Notes under the pieces: model-generated
The model's input: only the letters and a program-made list of their open reading frames with translations
What the model was told of the DNA's origin: nothing
Databases searched by the model: none
Program-made: the position numbers and the translations under genes
Shown: in pieces, positions 52,401 to 60,892 of the stretch
How the letters are laid out: every line of letters begins with the position of its first letter
Position numbering within the stretch: the stretch's first letter is position 1
From: a virus
Strand: one strand, 5' to 3'
Virus record (IMG/VR): IMGVR_UViG_3300031841_004047
DNA length: 64,000 nt

Positions 52401-55400
52401 ATGGACTTTCTGTTACTAACACTGTTGGTCGTCCAGTAGGTATCAACACTTCTGCTCCAAGACATGCTTTAACGGTATCAGTTTCAAACTATCCTGCACC
52501 TCAAGGAATAATAGTAGAGGGATCAATTCAACCATTTGATCCAAGAGATACTTTGGGTGACTCGGATATATTTGATTCCACTAATACTAGCTGGAACAGT
52601 AGAAACAGCCTATTTAGTTTCATACCTCAGCTTGGAACTTTAATTGCTGGAGATTTTCCAGCCGGAAAGGCCGGGTTCGAAAAATATCTTAGCAATGGAG
52701 CTCTTGGTGTAAGAGCAATTTCACTTGGTCAAAATAATAGAGCGAATGCTTTAAACAGTGTTGCCATCGGTAACAATAATATTATCTATCGTGGACCAGA
52801 TTCTGAGAATGCTTCTTCAATACTAAGTAAAAATACTTACTTTATAGGACATAGCAACGAAGCAGACAGTGCTATGAGATCTCCCGCTGGAGACAACTAT
52901 GTTCTTGGTAATACAAACAGGTTTATGGGTAACACCAATAACTCTTATGTTATAGGTCAAAACGCTCGCTTAGAAGATGTATCCGGTATAGTTGCTATCA
53001 CGGCAGGATTTGAAAGACTCAATAATGGCGGAACGGTTCTTGGAAAAAGTGCACTACAAATAAACATTGATTCCAACCCCATGGACAACACTAAAGTTGG
53101 TATCGGTAAAGACAGCGCGCAATATGCTTTGGATGTTAGAGGTAGCTTAAAGATTGACAGTGGAGGTCAAATCTTCGTAGGATCCAAGACCATCAAGGAA
53201 TTCTTAGGATTCGGTGAACCAACACTAAGTTCAGGATCAGATGCTATAATTGGATCTGAAACAGACCCGATTGCTCCTGAAGGTAGAGTTTCTAACATAG
53301 TTGCTATTACTTTTGATCAGACTGAGCAGTCACCTAAAATTGCTGGGACTAGAACAAATGTTGCTAGAATTACTACATTCTTCCCTTACGCAGACTCAGA
53401 CAGAAGCATACTTCTTACCGATAACAACGCCACTAATATACTAGCTAAGTTTAATGGAGTTGATGTTACTCAAGATTCTTCTGTTGCAATCAGATTAAAA
53501 GGATTTGATTTAGTTGAAGATGTAGTTGGAAACCATATAACATTAAGTGATGATAGTTTATCCGATTTAGGTAGAGTAGGTAAACAGGTCTTATTGTTTG
53601 TTGAGCCTATAGATCAATTTAACTTCATGGTCAGGATGGACTCTCATAAAGGACCTGGATTACAGGCTGGAACCGGAGACAGTAATTTTAATAATGTAGC
53701 TGGTGTAGGCGGAGGTTTCCAAGACGGCGATTCTGGTGTACTGGCTAAAGTATTCTATATTCCCGCATCAGCACCAAGAATTATAGATCCGTCTTTAACT
53801 ACTGCTGGTGATCTTTTCGTTAAGGGTGAAAACGCAATTGGACCAACAATTGATCTCAGCGCAGATTCAAGAGGTCTTACTTTTGCTGCAGGAAACTTGA
53901 AGTTTACAACACCGGTTGTTGTACCAGCTGGAGAAAGATACCCTTCTGAAGGTGGTGATATTAGACTTGGTGGAAGAACCACTAACAAACGACAAACATT
54001 CTTGTTTGATAGTACAGGGTTACAATTAACATCTGGAATCGTTGCAGACAGCGCAACATTTACTAACGGACTACAACTCGTAAATGATAACTTCCTTATA
54101 GATGGTCTATCATTTGATTCTTATGCGGTCAGAACAGACGGAAAAATCATCGGGGCGGTAACTGAATTCCTCGATACAGACTATGTACAGGCTAGAGTCT
54201 TTGCTTCTTCTTTCTTCAGGCATCATCAAGATGCTCTATACTACTATCCTGAAAGTGCGCCGTTTAATAGACCAGTTCTTTTAGGCATGTCACCGGATAA
54301 CAGCATCTTTACTGGACTGTTAGGAAGATTGGATAGATCAAACTATACCATCAATATGATGGCAAGAGAAGATAATGGTGCCATCGATGTCAAAACAAGC
54401 GCTTCATTTGGTGGTTCGACAGCTGATGCTATCGGTAATAAGATCGGTACATTCTCTCCATCTCCGATAGTAGGTTTGGGTCTTCCTCTTCCTGATCACG
54501 TTGATGTTAACAATAATATCGTTCCGACCACTGGAAGTCTTCCGAGCCCCATAAATGTTGATGGTAAACCTTTCCCAACTCCGGCTTTCTTAAGACAAGA
54601 CGGATACATCGATAAAAAATATATTAATGATAATATTGCTCTTACTACGGCTCAGTTACAACAAGTAGTAGATGATGCATTTATGAAGGCCATAATAGAC
54701 AGCGCATATATTCTTTCAGCTGCTAATGATAGTTCGGAATGGCAAAGAAGAGAAAACACTCTGTTTTTTGGAACATTCCCCAGTGTTTCACATGTTAAGG
54801 TTGGTATTGGAACTGCAGATCCACATCGTAAGTTCCATGTCAACGGTGACCTACTGATTGAAGACTCCGCTCTATTCGAAGGACCATTAACTGTTCAAGG
54901 ACGTAAGATCACAGTCGATGAGATATATCGTTATCAGTTTGATGGAACTGCCGCCGGTTCAACATTAGTAAAAACAGATAGTGATGATCTACTTAAAATT
55001 GGAAGAAATGCTGGAGGAGACTTCTTTTCTGTCGCCGATGCTAAAAATCAAGCAATTCAAGATCAGAGTGACGGAATAGCCGTCACAACTTCTCTCGATG
55101 ATGGTGTTAAGACGGTATCTCGGTTCGCTCGCTTATATAGAATTGATCAGTTTGGTGATTCTCATGATCTAACCTTTAGGTTAGGTGGTACTGGCGCTTC
55201 TATTGGTAGTACTACTAATTTTGGTTCATATGATGCTTACTACACCGATGATGGTGGTGTAAACAATATACTCTTTATTAAAGCTTCATCACTTGATTCT
55301 TCAGACTATAATGTTATTATCAATGATTATGATCTTCAGGGTGGAATTCTTAACTTTACTCATAACAATACTGATATAAACGGTGGTAAGTCTTTAGATT

Positions 55401-58400
55401 ATAATACGACTTATTCTGAAGTACGCGTTTTAGAATCAGATGGAACGACCGTAAGAAAAGATTTCACGGTACTCAGTGGAGTTACTCTAGATAGTGCTAG
55501 AGGATTTAGTTTCCCGGCCTTTGATAGTTTACACTTAAATGATATAATTGAAATTTATGACAGAAGTTCTAAGATTAGTAGTTCTCTCACAGTTGTTGGG
55601 GATACTATACTCGGTGAAGTTCATCCTTCCGGAGCAACCGGAAGCAGGCTGACTTATATTAAAGATGCGTTGTTGGTAGACGATAGCACAACTTTAAATA
55701 ATAATTTGACTATTAGTCCAAACGGGATTGTTCATCTGGATGATGCAACTCTTAATATCACTGGCACACAAACGTCTACCATCTCAGCTAATCTTCATGT
55801 TGCTTCACCTGCATCAACGTTCATTATTGATCCAAGTGTTGACTTTACTTTCCCTAATGCTGCAGGAAACCTGAGATCAAACGTTGATGACCATATTACC
55901 AGAGTTGTTGATTCAAACTACATTGGATCAAGACTGCAGACTGTATGGAACTTCTTTGATGATTCCGTAGGTAATCAGTACATCTACTATAAGAGAGGCT
56001 CTACTAACGGTCAAGTTGTAATAGGTGATCAAGATGCTCCAGTTCTAGGTGATAGCGATACGAAGTTCTTCGTACAAAAAGGTAACGTTGTATTTAATAA
56101 CGAACAAACTTGGGATGGCCTATTCGGTACTGAAACCGAAGACATAGTTCCGGATTTTGGTACTTCTGCTAGACATGGAAATACATTCTCTGGCGCTAGG
56201 ATGATGTGGATACCACAAAGAGGAGCATTTAGAGCTGGTGCTATAGATGGAGCAGCCGTTCAATGGAGTGATGAAGAAGTTGGTAGAGCCTCTGTAGGTA
56301 TAGGTTATAATACTTTATCAACTGACTTCAGTGTTGCTTTAGGTTACAATGCTCAAGCTGGTAACATGGGTCCTGGTTCACCAAGAAGATCTAGAAGAAC
56401 TAATAATGCTGTTTCTATCGGTCATACCATTGATGGACAGAGTGAAAACGGTGTAGCTATCGGTAGATCGATTGGTCATAGTTATCAAAGATCAAACAAC
56501 GTATCAATCGGTAAAGATATAGTTAATACGTATTCAGATGGAACTGTTGCTATAGGTGATGATATTACCTCTAGCAGAGGCGTTGCTATCGGTAAAGATA
56601 TAAGCACGAGTACTATTGGATCGTTTAATACCGCTATAGGGTATAAGTCTACTGCTCAAAGAGATGGTGCAGCAATAGGTTATAATGTTACTGCTAGCTA
56701 CGGTGGTGTAGCTATCGGTAAAACAGCCAGTGCTTCTGCTCAAGGAACTAACATCGCTATTGGTAAAAACGTCGGTGGGTCCCGAGGCGGGGTGTATATA
56801 GGTGAATACGCATCTGGTTCATATGGCGGTGTAGCAATTGGTAAATCTGTACAAGCTCATGGTGGAAATGCAGTTGCCATCGGTAACAGCCAGACAGCTG
56901 GTGATAGATTAGTGCAGAACGTGGCTGTTGGCTACAACAACAATGTTTCTGGTGGTGTGGTTGTTGGTCTAAGTAACGTAACTTCAGCAAGACAAAATCA
57001 TGTTATACTCGGTATTTCAAACAAGGGATACGCATCTACTTATGGTGCCGGCGCTTCACCAAATATCATTATTGGAAGTACCAACACCGCAAACGGAAGA
57101 GGTGGAGCTACTATAATTGGTGTGAGCAACACCACGGCTGGTCCTAACTCTTTCATATTTGGTTCAACTAACCGTAACGTAGGTAATGGAACTGGTTACG
57201 GTAGATCGATAGTATTAGGTTATAATAACCAAAACTTAGATCCTCGATACGGAAATATTATTGCTATAGGTGAAGGAAACAGCAATAATACTCCTCCTCA
57301 ATTATACTATTCCGGTGAAGGCACCTATATCGGTAGATATAATAGTAGCAACGATGCTTCACACATCTTTGGTAATAGCAACACTGGCAATAAGAGAGCA
57401 TACATATATGGATCCGGTAACATAAATGCTAATTCTTCGATAGCCGGTAACCGCTACAATGGTTCTTATGCTTACATGTACGGTAGAGCAAATACCGTTA
57501 ATAACGGAGGATATACATATGGTGCTTCGAATGAAGCTCTAAACAACGGATATGCTTTCGGTGTAGGAACTAAGGGTAGCTACGGCGGTCTATCATTTGG
57601 TATGCTGGACAGCGCAACTAATGGCGGTATTTCTTTTGGTCACAGTAACTGGGTGGATGGCTTAGGTCAAAGCGAACCTACTCTAGCATTCGGGTATAAC
57701 AATACGGCTACTCTTTCGGGTATAGCTTATGGTGAAAATAATACTGTTTCAAATGGAGGTATGGCTCTAGGTGGAAATAATACGGCTACAGCCTTTAGAG
57801 CTCTTGCACTTGGTAGTGGAATTAACGTAACTGGTCAAAACTCAGTAGGTATTGGTTTATCAAACGTTAATTCAGGAACAGTCTCCACATCCAACACTCT
57901 TTCCATAATGGGTGGACAAGTAGGAGTAGGAGTAACATCGGTACCACCAGCTTATAAGATGGAAATCGGAGGAACCGGCCTTAACGTCTCGGTCACCGGT
58001 GATTATTATAGAAGAGGTGTAAGACTCTATGATTATATTCAAAATGATGTAACACCCAGATCTTACGTAAGATTCCATGCTGATTCAAATTACATCCACA
58101 GCGCCGTTGATACTCCTTATCTAAGAACCGCTCTTCCACCTCAATTCTTCTTTGCGAGTAATTTAAATACTAACAACGTTGAGTTCACTGGATCTGGTTC
58201 AGTCGGTATCGGTAGAGCAAACAGTAACGCATCGAAATATAAGCTGGATGTTCTTGGAAACATAAACTATACTGGTGCTCTTTATCTAAACGGTGATAAA
58301 ATTATACCATCAACCGATTCAATAGGTGATGTATATATTAATCATTATCAGCAATACTATCAAATCGGCCCAGACAGTGCTGAAGAATATTTTGATTCTG

Positions 58401-60874
58401 CGTATGTTGCACAACGTCAACAAATGTTTGGTATGTCTGTTGGACAAACAGTACAACAAGTAATCGATCAAACTTATATTACTGGTACTATTGATAGAAG
58501 TCTATTCCTTGACTCTGCTGAAGCACTTCAACTCATTAATGAAAATACTGGACTACTTGTCGGTGAAACAATAGCATTTAAGCATGATCCAAGTAATAGT
58601 AACACAGTATCTCTTGTACCTGATCTAACAAAAATGCCACTAGGCGTCAAGGTTGCTATCGGTAAAACAGCCAGTGTTCTTGGACCTACGTTGGATATTC
58701 TTGGTAATCAGGTAATCGATGGTGACCTTGATGTTACTGGTGAACTTACTGTTAACGGTGAAGCAATAGTTTCTAAAACACTATTTAATCAGGCTGCAGG
58801 CGGCACTGTTTACGTAGAAAACGAAAACATTATGATTAGCAAGGGTGCTCAGCCATCTACACTAATCCCATCTCATGTTCTTGAAGTTGTTGGTGACATA
58901 AGTGCTGATCAACTAAAGATACAAGGTAATGATATACTTGATATATTCGATTCTGCATATGTTATCGAAAGACAGAAGCTCATAGATTCTGAACTTACCG
59001 GAAATATGATAGATTCTGCCTACATAAGATTCAGAGCTGATTCAAATTATATCTTAAGTGTAGCTGACAGCGCATACATTACCCATATCTTAGGTAGTGG
59101 AGTACCGGGTTCAATAGTTCCAGGCGTTGATGTCAACGGTGATCCAGTATATGATCTAGGAAGTCCAACAAATAGATGGCGGGACTTATATCTAAGCGGA
59201 ACTTCAATTAATATTGGTGGAGCAGTATTCAGTACTCTTGAAGATAATACTGTTTCAATCACGGATAGCGCCGGTAATCCTTCTAAGATTAGAGGAATTG
59301 ATTCCGATGCTGCTATAGCATTCATTGATTCTGACTATGTTCAAACTCGAGCAAACGCTACCTACTTAAAAACAATTATTGATTCAAGCTATGTGCAGCA
59401 ACTAGTAGATTCAAGCTATGTGACTGCTATTACTAATGAAACGTATATTAGATCTCACGCTGACAGTGCTTGGATCACTTCTATAGCTGATTCCGCACAT
59501 ATACGAGGTATAGCTGACAGTGCTTGGATCACTTCTATAGCTGATTCCGCATATGTTCTTAATATAGCCGATAGCCAATATATTTCAAGTATTGCTGATT
59601 CTGCTTATATCTCGTCTGTAACTGGTATCGGATCAAGGGCAGTAGATTTTGGCGGGTTCCCGATCATATTCAGTAATGCTTATGCTACTGAAGGCTCTAT
59701 GCCAAACGCCGGTAGCAGACCAGGTAACTTTACGCTCAATACTACTACTAATAAACCATTTGTTTCATTTAACGGTTCATATAATAGAATCGCTCTTAAA
59801 ACTGACCTTGATTCCGATATAAGTGTTCTAAGATCTAAAATAGATTCTGATGTAAATGCTATAATTGGTGGTGCGCCTGAAGCTCTTGATACACTGAAAG
59901 AACTATCAGAAGCCATAAATAATGATTCAAACTTCTATGCCACTATTACGGCTCTTGCAACTTCAGGTGTAGATTCAGAAGCAACGATAGCTCTCATTGA
60001 CTCGGCGTATGTACTTGCTAGAAGTCCACAGTTTGATTATATTACTCTAATTGACTCAGCATATGTTCAAGCGAGACAACTTCCGGGAACAGATTCTGAA
60101 GCTGTTATAGCCATCATAAATTCTAATCCGACTCTTGATTCGGCTGCTACAATTTCTCTTATTGATTCAGCCTATATTAATGCAAGAGTTTCAACCGTTG
60201 ATTCTGCTCAAGTTCTATCAATAGTTGATTCATCTTATATCCTATCAATCACTGGTTCAGGACTTGGTGGATCTGGATCCGGAGGCGGCACCTCTCTGGT
60301 AGACTTTAACTATATAGCCACAGCCAATCAGTCTTTGTTTACTGGATCTGATGCTGACGGATCTTTACTATCGTATGATCCAAGTACAGCAACTATCGTA
60401 AGTGCGAATGGTATAACACTTACCAGAGGAGTTGATTATACACATGTTGATAGTTCATCGATAAGCTTTACTGTTGCAAGAGATTTAGGTGATGAAATCA
60501 CTATCTTCACGACTAAGAAAGCTTCTGATGCTGGATCTAGTGGATCTAGTGGAACAACTAGTACGATAATATCTACTTCATCTACTACAATCTTTGATAG
60601 AACAATACACAGTAATAACTTTAAGTCAATTGAATACACCGTTCATATGGAAGACAGCAGCTTAGGTCATACACAAATAACTAAGCTACTTGCTACATAC
60701 AATAAATCACAAGTGTTTAGTACTCAGTACGGCACAGTAAGTACATTTGCCGGTGACAGTGATCTCGGTGTAATTGATGTGGTGGAGACTGGTGGACAGA
60801 TTCAACTAACATTGACGAAAGCGAATGGAACAGGAACAGTTAGAGTAGTATCGAATAAAACAGTAATAAATTAG
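49463..60874 (+). CDS. giant 3803-aa virion fibre/adhesin with YadA-head-like repeats and DS-rich segments
   Basis: Uninterrupted ORF; G..A.AIG repeats; APEALDTLKEL fibre motif; about 87 DS dipeptides by hand count. Confidence 0.85.
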   Translation: MAISDNQKIDYLFKKLGFGVSKTDTNSIKNATNEDIASPLLLRGDNLWTDADLIPNIIPSSNSNVIKVYSDAVGTEATLETTEDTTATPNRTWKTGISNWIPPQFGSTYQLKVYIDSAGASAPQSTGTQIFASGSGNNDEWFFDYQSGVLHFIGDNLPGGIAGNVIYVSGAAYIGKTGNNFTTLNVDSANIARATILDAQFPLGITVKDLTVTDSAYLKFADIDSAFIDRLVADSATITNITIDSADINILNITVGGRIQGQENLIIDPRAIGDNTGRVIIKGDLMVEGLETIVNSTTVTMNDKNLVLADSAPDLAFTDGAGIIIAPGISGAAIRYDQNKDRWILNRSLEGNNYGSPGAGIYFDSGNFYKLTTNHIEIGDVITARDIRITSPNVIQGGILTIGDDDSISTIQDIKVQQYKSSLHPDLKGNGFLAMRELIEDSGYYKLTVDQDSDMVKIVGGFKAGIYSNLPVGQYVQSYPYQKDSNKLDFYGIEYNADSNLIRLNAQNTIIRTSFSADSMRGKDSAFAFQILTANDSTLFSVARDGTINFGGALEQNGADFIGGGAFTTVTEANDSGQPGDIYFVRDEEKYGGAANSINGYGFVGIQTRNPRYELEVAGTFQVADSIDLVNYALNRALFPYASQAATGKKHDDDTKGRMTFIPQAAMFRAGEFGDSHYNVNVMGQFSTALGKKTIAGAVGNNQAGEGQFAAGWLSTAAGNYSVAIGRENTTVSDRGTENTDNLFLGSRNIANYAAGPGSYDRMTSIGHENKIKAADGLILGTDNNMQGFRSVIVGADNVLGDSSKDGQSTSPFDGGSGTVIIGNDNVVPNRNTYVFGRQNTLGGTDATTGEALTRFGNAGISNYVFGELNTVGNNADQVSIFGNQNIVNADEGKAFGSQITIDSDMSQSIGFNLSSQPVSVKAPRIMSIQGGNVIIGEDSDKFSDYDGNLYVKGDIILGGQLLTEGLPGVLSSGTPFVDDGLSVTNTVGRPVGINTSAPRHALTVSVSNYPAPQGIIVEGSIQPFDPRDTLGDSDIFDSTNTSWNSRNSLFSFIPQLGTLIAGDFPAGKAGFEKYLSNGALGVRAISLGQNNRANALNSVAIGNNNIIYRGPDSENASSILSKNTYFIGHSNEADSAMRSPAGDNYVLGNTNRFMGNTNNSYVIGQNARLEDVSGIVAITAGFERLNNGGTVLGKSALQINIDSNPMDNTKVGIGKDSAQYALDVRGSLKIDSGGQIFVGSKTIKEFLGFGEPTLSSGSDAIIGSETDPIAPEGRVSNIVAITFDQTEQSPKIAGTRTNVARITTFFPYADSDRSILLTDNNATNILAKFNGVDVTQDSSVAIRLKGFDLVEDVVGNHITLSDDSLSDLGRVGKQVLLFVEPIDQFNFMVRMDSHKGPGLQAGTGDSNFNNVAGVGGGFQDGDSGVLAKVFYIPASAPRIIDPSLTTAGDLFVKGENAIGPTIDLSADSRGLTFAAGNLKFTTPVVVPAGERYPSEGGDIRLGGRTTNKRQTFLFDSTGLQLTSGIVADSATFTNGLQLVNDNFLIDGLSFDSYAVRTDGKIIGAVTEFLDTDYVQARVFASSFFRHHQDALYYYPESAPFNRPVLLGMSPDNSIFTGLLGRLDRSNYTINMMAREDNGAIDVKTSASFGGSTADAIGNKIGTFSPSPIVGLGLPLPDHVDVNNNIVPTTGSLPSPINVDGKPFPTPAFLRQDGYIDKKYINDNIALTTAQLQQVVDDAFMKAIIDSAYILSAANDSSEWQRRENTLFFGTFPSVSHVKVGIGTADPHRKFHVNGDLLIEDSALFEGPLTVQGRKITVDEIYRYQFDGTAAGSTLVKTDSDDLLKIGRNAGGDFFSVADAKNQAIQDQSDGIAVTTSLDDGVKTVSRFARLYRIDQFGDSHDLTFRLGGTGASIGSTTNFGSYDAYYTDDGGVNNILFIKASSLDSSDYNVIINDYDLQGGILNFTHNNTDINGGKSLDYNTTYSEVRVLESDGTTVRKDFTVLSGVTLDSARGFSFPAFDSLHLNDIIEIYDRSSKISSSLTVVGDTILGEVHPSGATGSRLTYIKDALLVDDSTTLNNNLTISPNGIVHLDDATLNITGTQTSTISANLHVASPASTFIIDPSVDFTFPNAAGNLRSNVDDHITRVVDSNYIGSRLQTVWNFFDDSVGNQYIYYKRGSTNGQVVIGDQDAPVLGDSDTKFFVQKGNVVFNNEQTWDGLFGTETEDIVPDFGTSARHGNTFSGARMMWIPQRGAFRAGAIDGAAVQWSDEEVGRASVGIGYNTLSTDFSVALGYNAQAGNMGPGSPRRSRRTNNAVSIGHTIDGQSENGVAIGRSIGHSYQRSNNVSIGKDIVNTYSDGTVAIGDDITSSRGVAIGKDISTSTIGSFNTAIGYKSTAQRDGAAIGYNVTASYGGVAIGKTASASAQGTNIAIGKNVGGSRGGVYIGEYASGSYGGVAIGKSVQAHGGNAVAIGNSQTAGDRLVQNVAVGYNNNVSGGVVVGLSNVTSARQNHVILGISNKGYASTYGAGASPNIIIGSTNTANGRGGATIIGVSNTTAGPNSFIFGSTNRNVGNGTGYGRSIVLGYNNQNLDPRYGNIIAIGEGNSNNTPPQLYYSGEGTYIGRYNSSNDASHIFGNSNTGNKRAYIYGSGNINANSSIAGNRYNGSYAYMYGRANTVNNGGYTYGASNEALNNGYAFGVGTKGSYGGLSFGMLDSATNGGISFGHSNWVDGLGQSEPTLAFGYNNTATLSGIAYGENNTVSNGGMALGGNNTATAFRALALGSGINVTGQNSVGIGLSNVNSGTVSTSNTLSIMGGQVGVGVTSVPPAYKMEIGGTGLNVSVTGDYYRRGVRLYDYIQNDVTPRSYVRFHADSNYIHSAVDTPYLRTALPPQFFFASNLNTNNVEFTGSGSVGIGRANSNASKYKLDVLGNINYTGALYLNGDKIIPSTDSIGDVYINHYQQYYQIGPDSAEEYFDSAYVAQRQQMFGMSVGQTVQQVIDQTYITGTIDRSLFLDSAEALQLINENTGLLVGETIAFKHDPSNSNTVSLVPDLTKMPLGVKVAIGKTASVLGPTLDILGNQVIDGDLDVTGELTVNGEAIVSKTLFNQAAGGTVYVENENIMISKGAQPSTLIPSHVLEVVGDISADQLKIQGNDILDIFDSAYVIERQKLIDSELTGNMIDSAYIRFRADSNYILSVADSAYITHILGSGVPGSIVPGVDVNGDPVYDLGSPTNRWRDLYLSGTSINIGGAVFSTLEDNTVSITDSAGNPSKIRGIDSDAAIAFIDSDYVQTRANATYLKTIIDSSYVQQLVDSSYVTAITNETYIRSHADSAWITSIADSAHIRGIADSAWITSIADSAYVLNIADSQYISSIADSAYISSVTGIGSRAVDFGGFPIIFSNAYATEGSMPNAGSRPGNFTLNTTTNKPFVSFNGSYNRIALKTDLDSDISVLRSKIDSDVNAIIGGAPEALDTLKELSEAINNDSNFYATITALATSGVDSEATIALIDSAYVLARSPQFDYITLIDSAYVQARQLPGTDSEAVIAIINSNPTLDSAATISLIDSAYINARVSTVDSAQVLSIVDSSYILSITGSGLGGSGSGGGTSLVDFNYIATANQSLFTGSDADGSLLSYDPSTATIVSANGITLTRGVDYTHVDSSSISFTVARDLGDEITIFTTKKASDAGSSGSSGTTSTIISTSSTTIFDRTIHSNNFKSIEYTVHMEDSSLGHTQITKLLATYNKSQVFSTQYGTVSTFAGDSDLGVIDVVETGGQIQLTLTKANGTGTVRVVSNKTVIN
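59459..59551 (+). repeat. 39-bp exact repeat, period 54 bp, within a 9-aa IADSA.. tandem array
   Basis: GCTGACAGTGCTTGGATCACTTCTATAGCTGATTCCGCA at 59459 and 59513. Confidence 0.9.
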
Positions 60875-60892
60875 GCACGGGGAAAGTGAACT

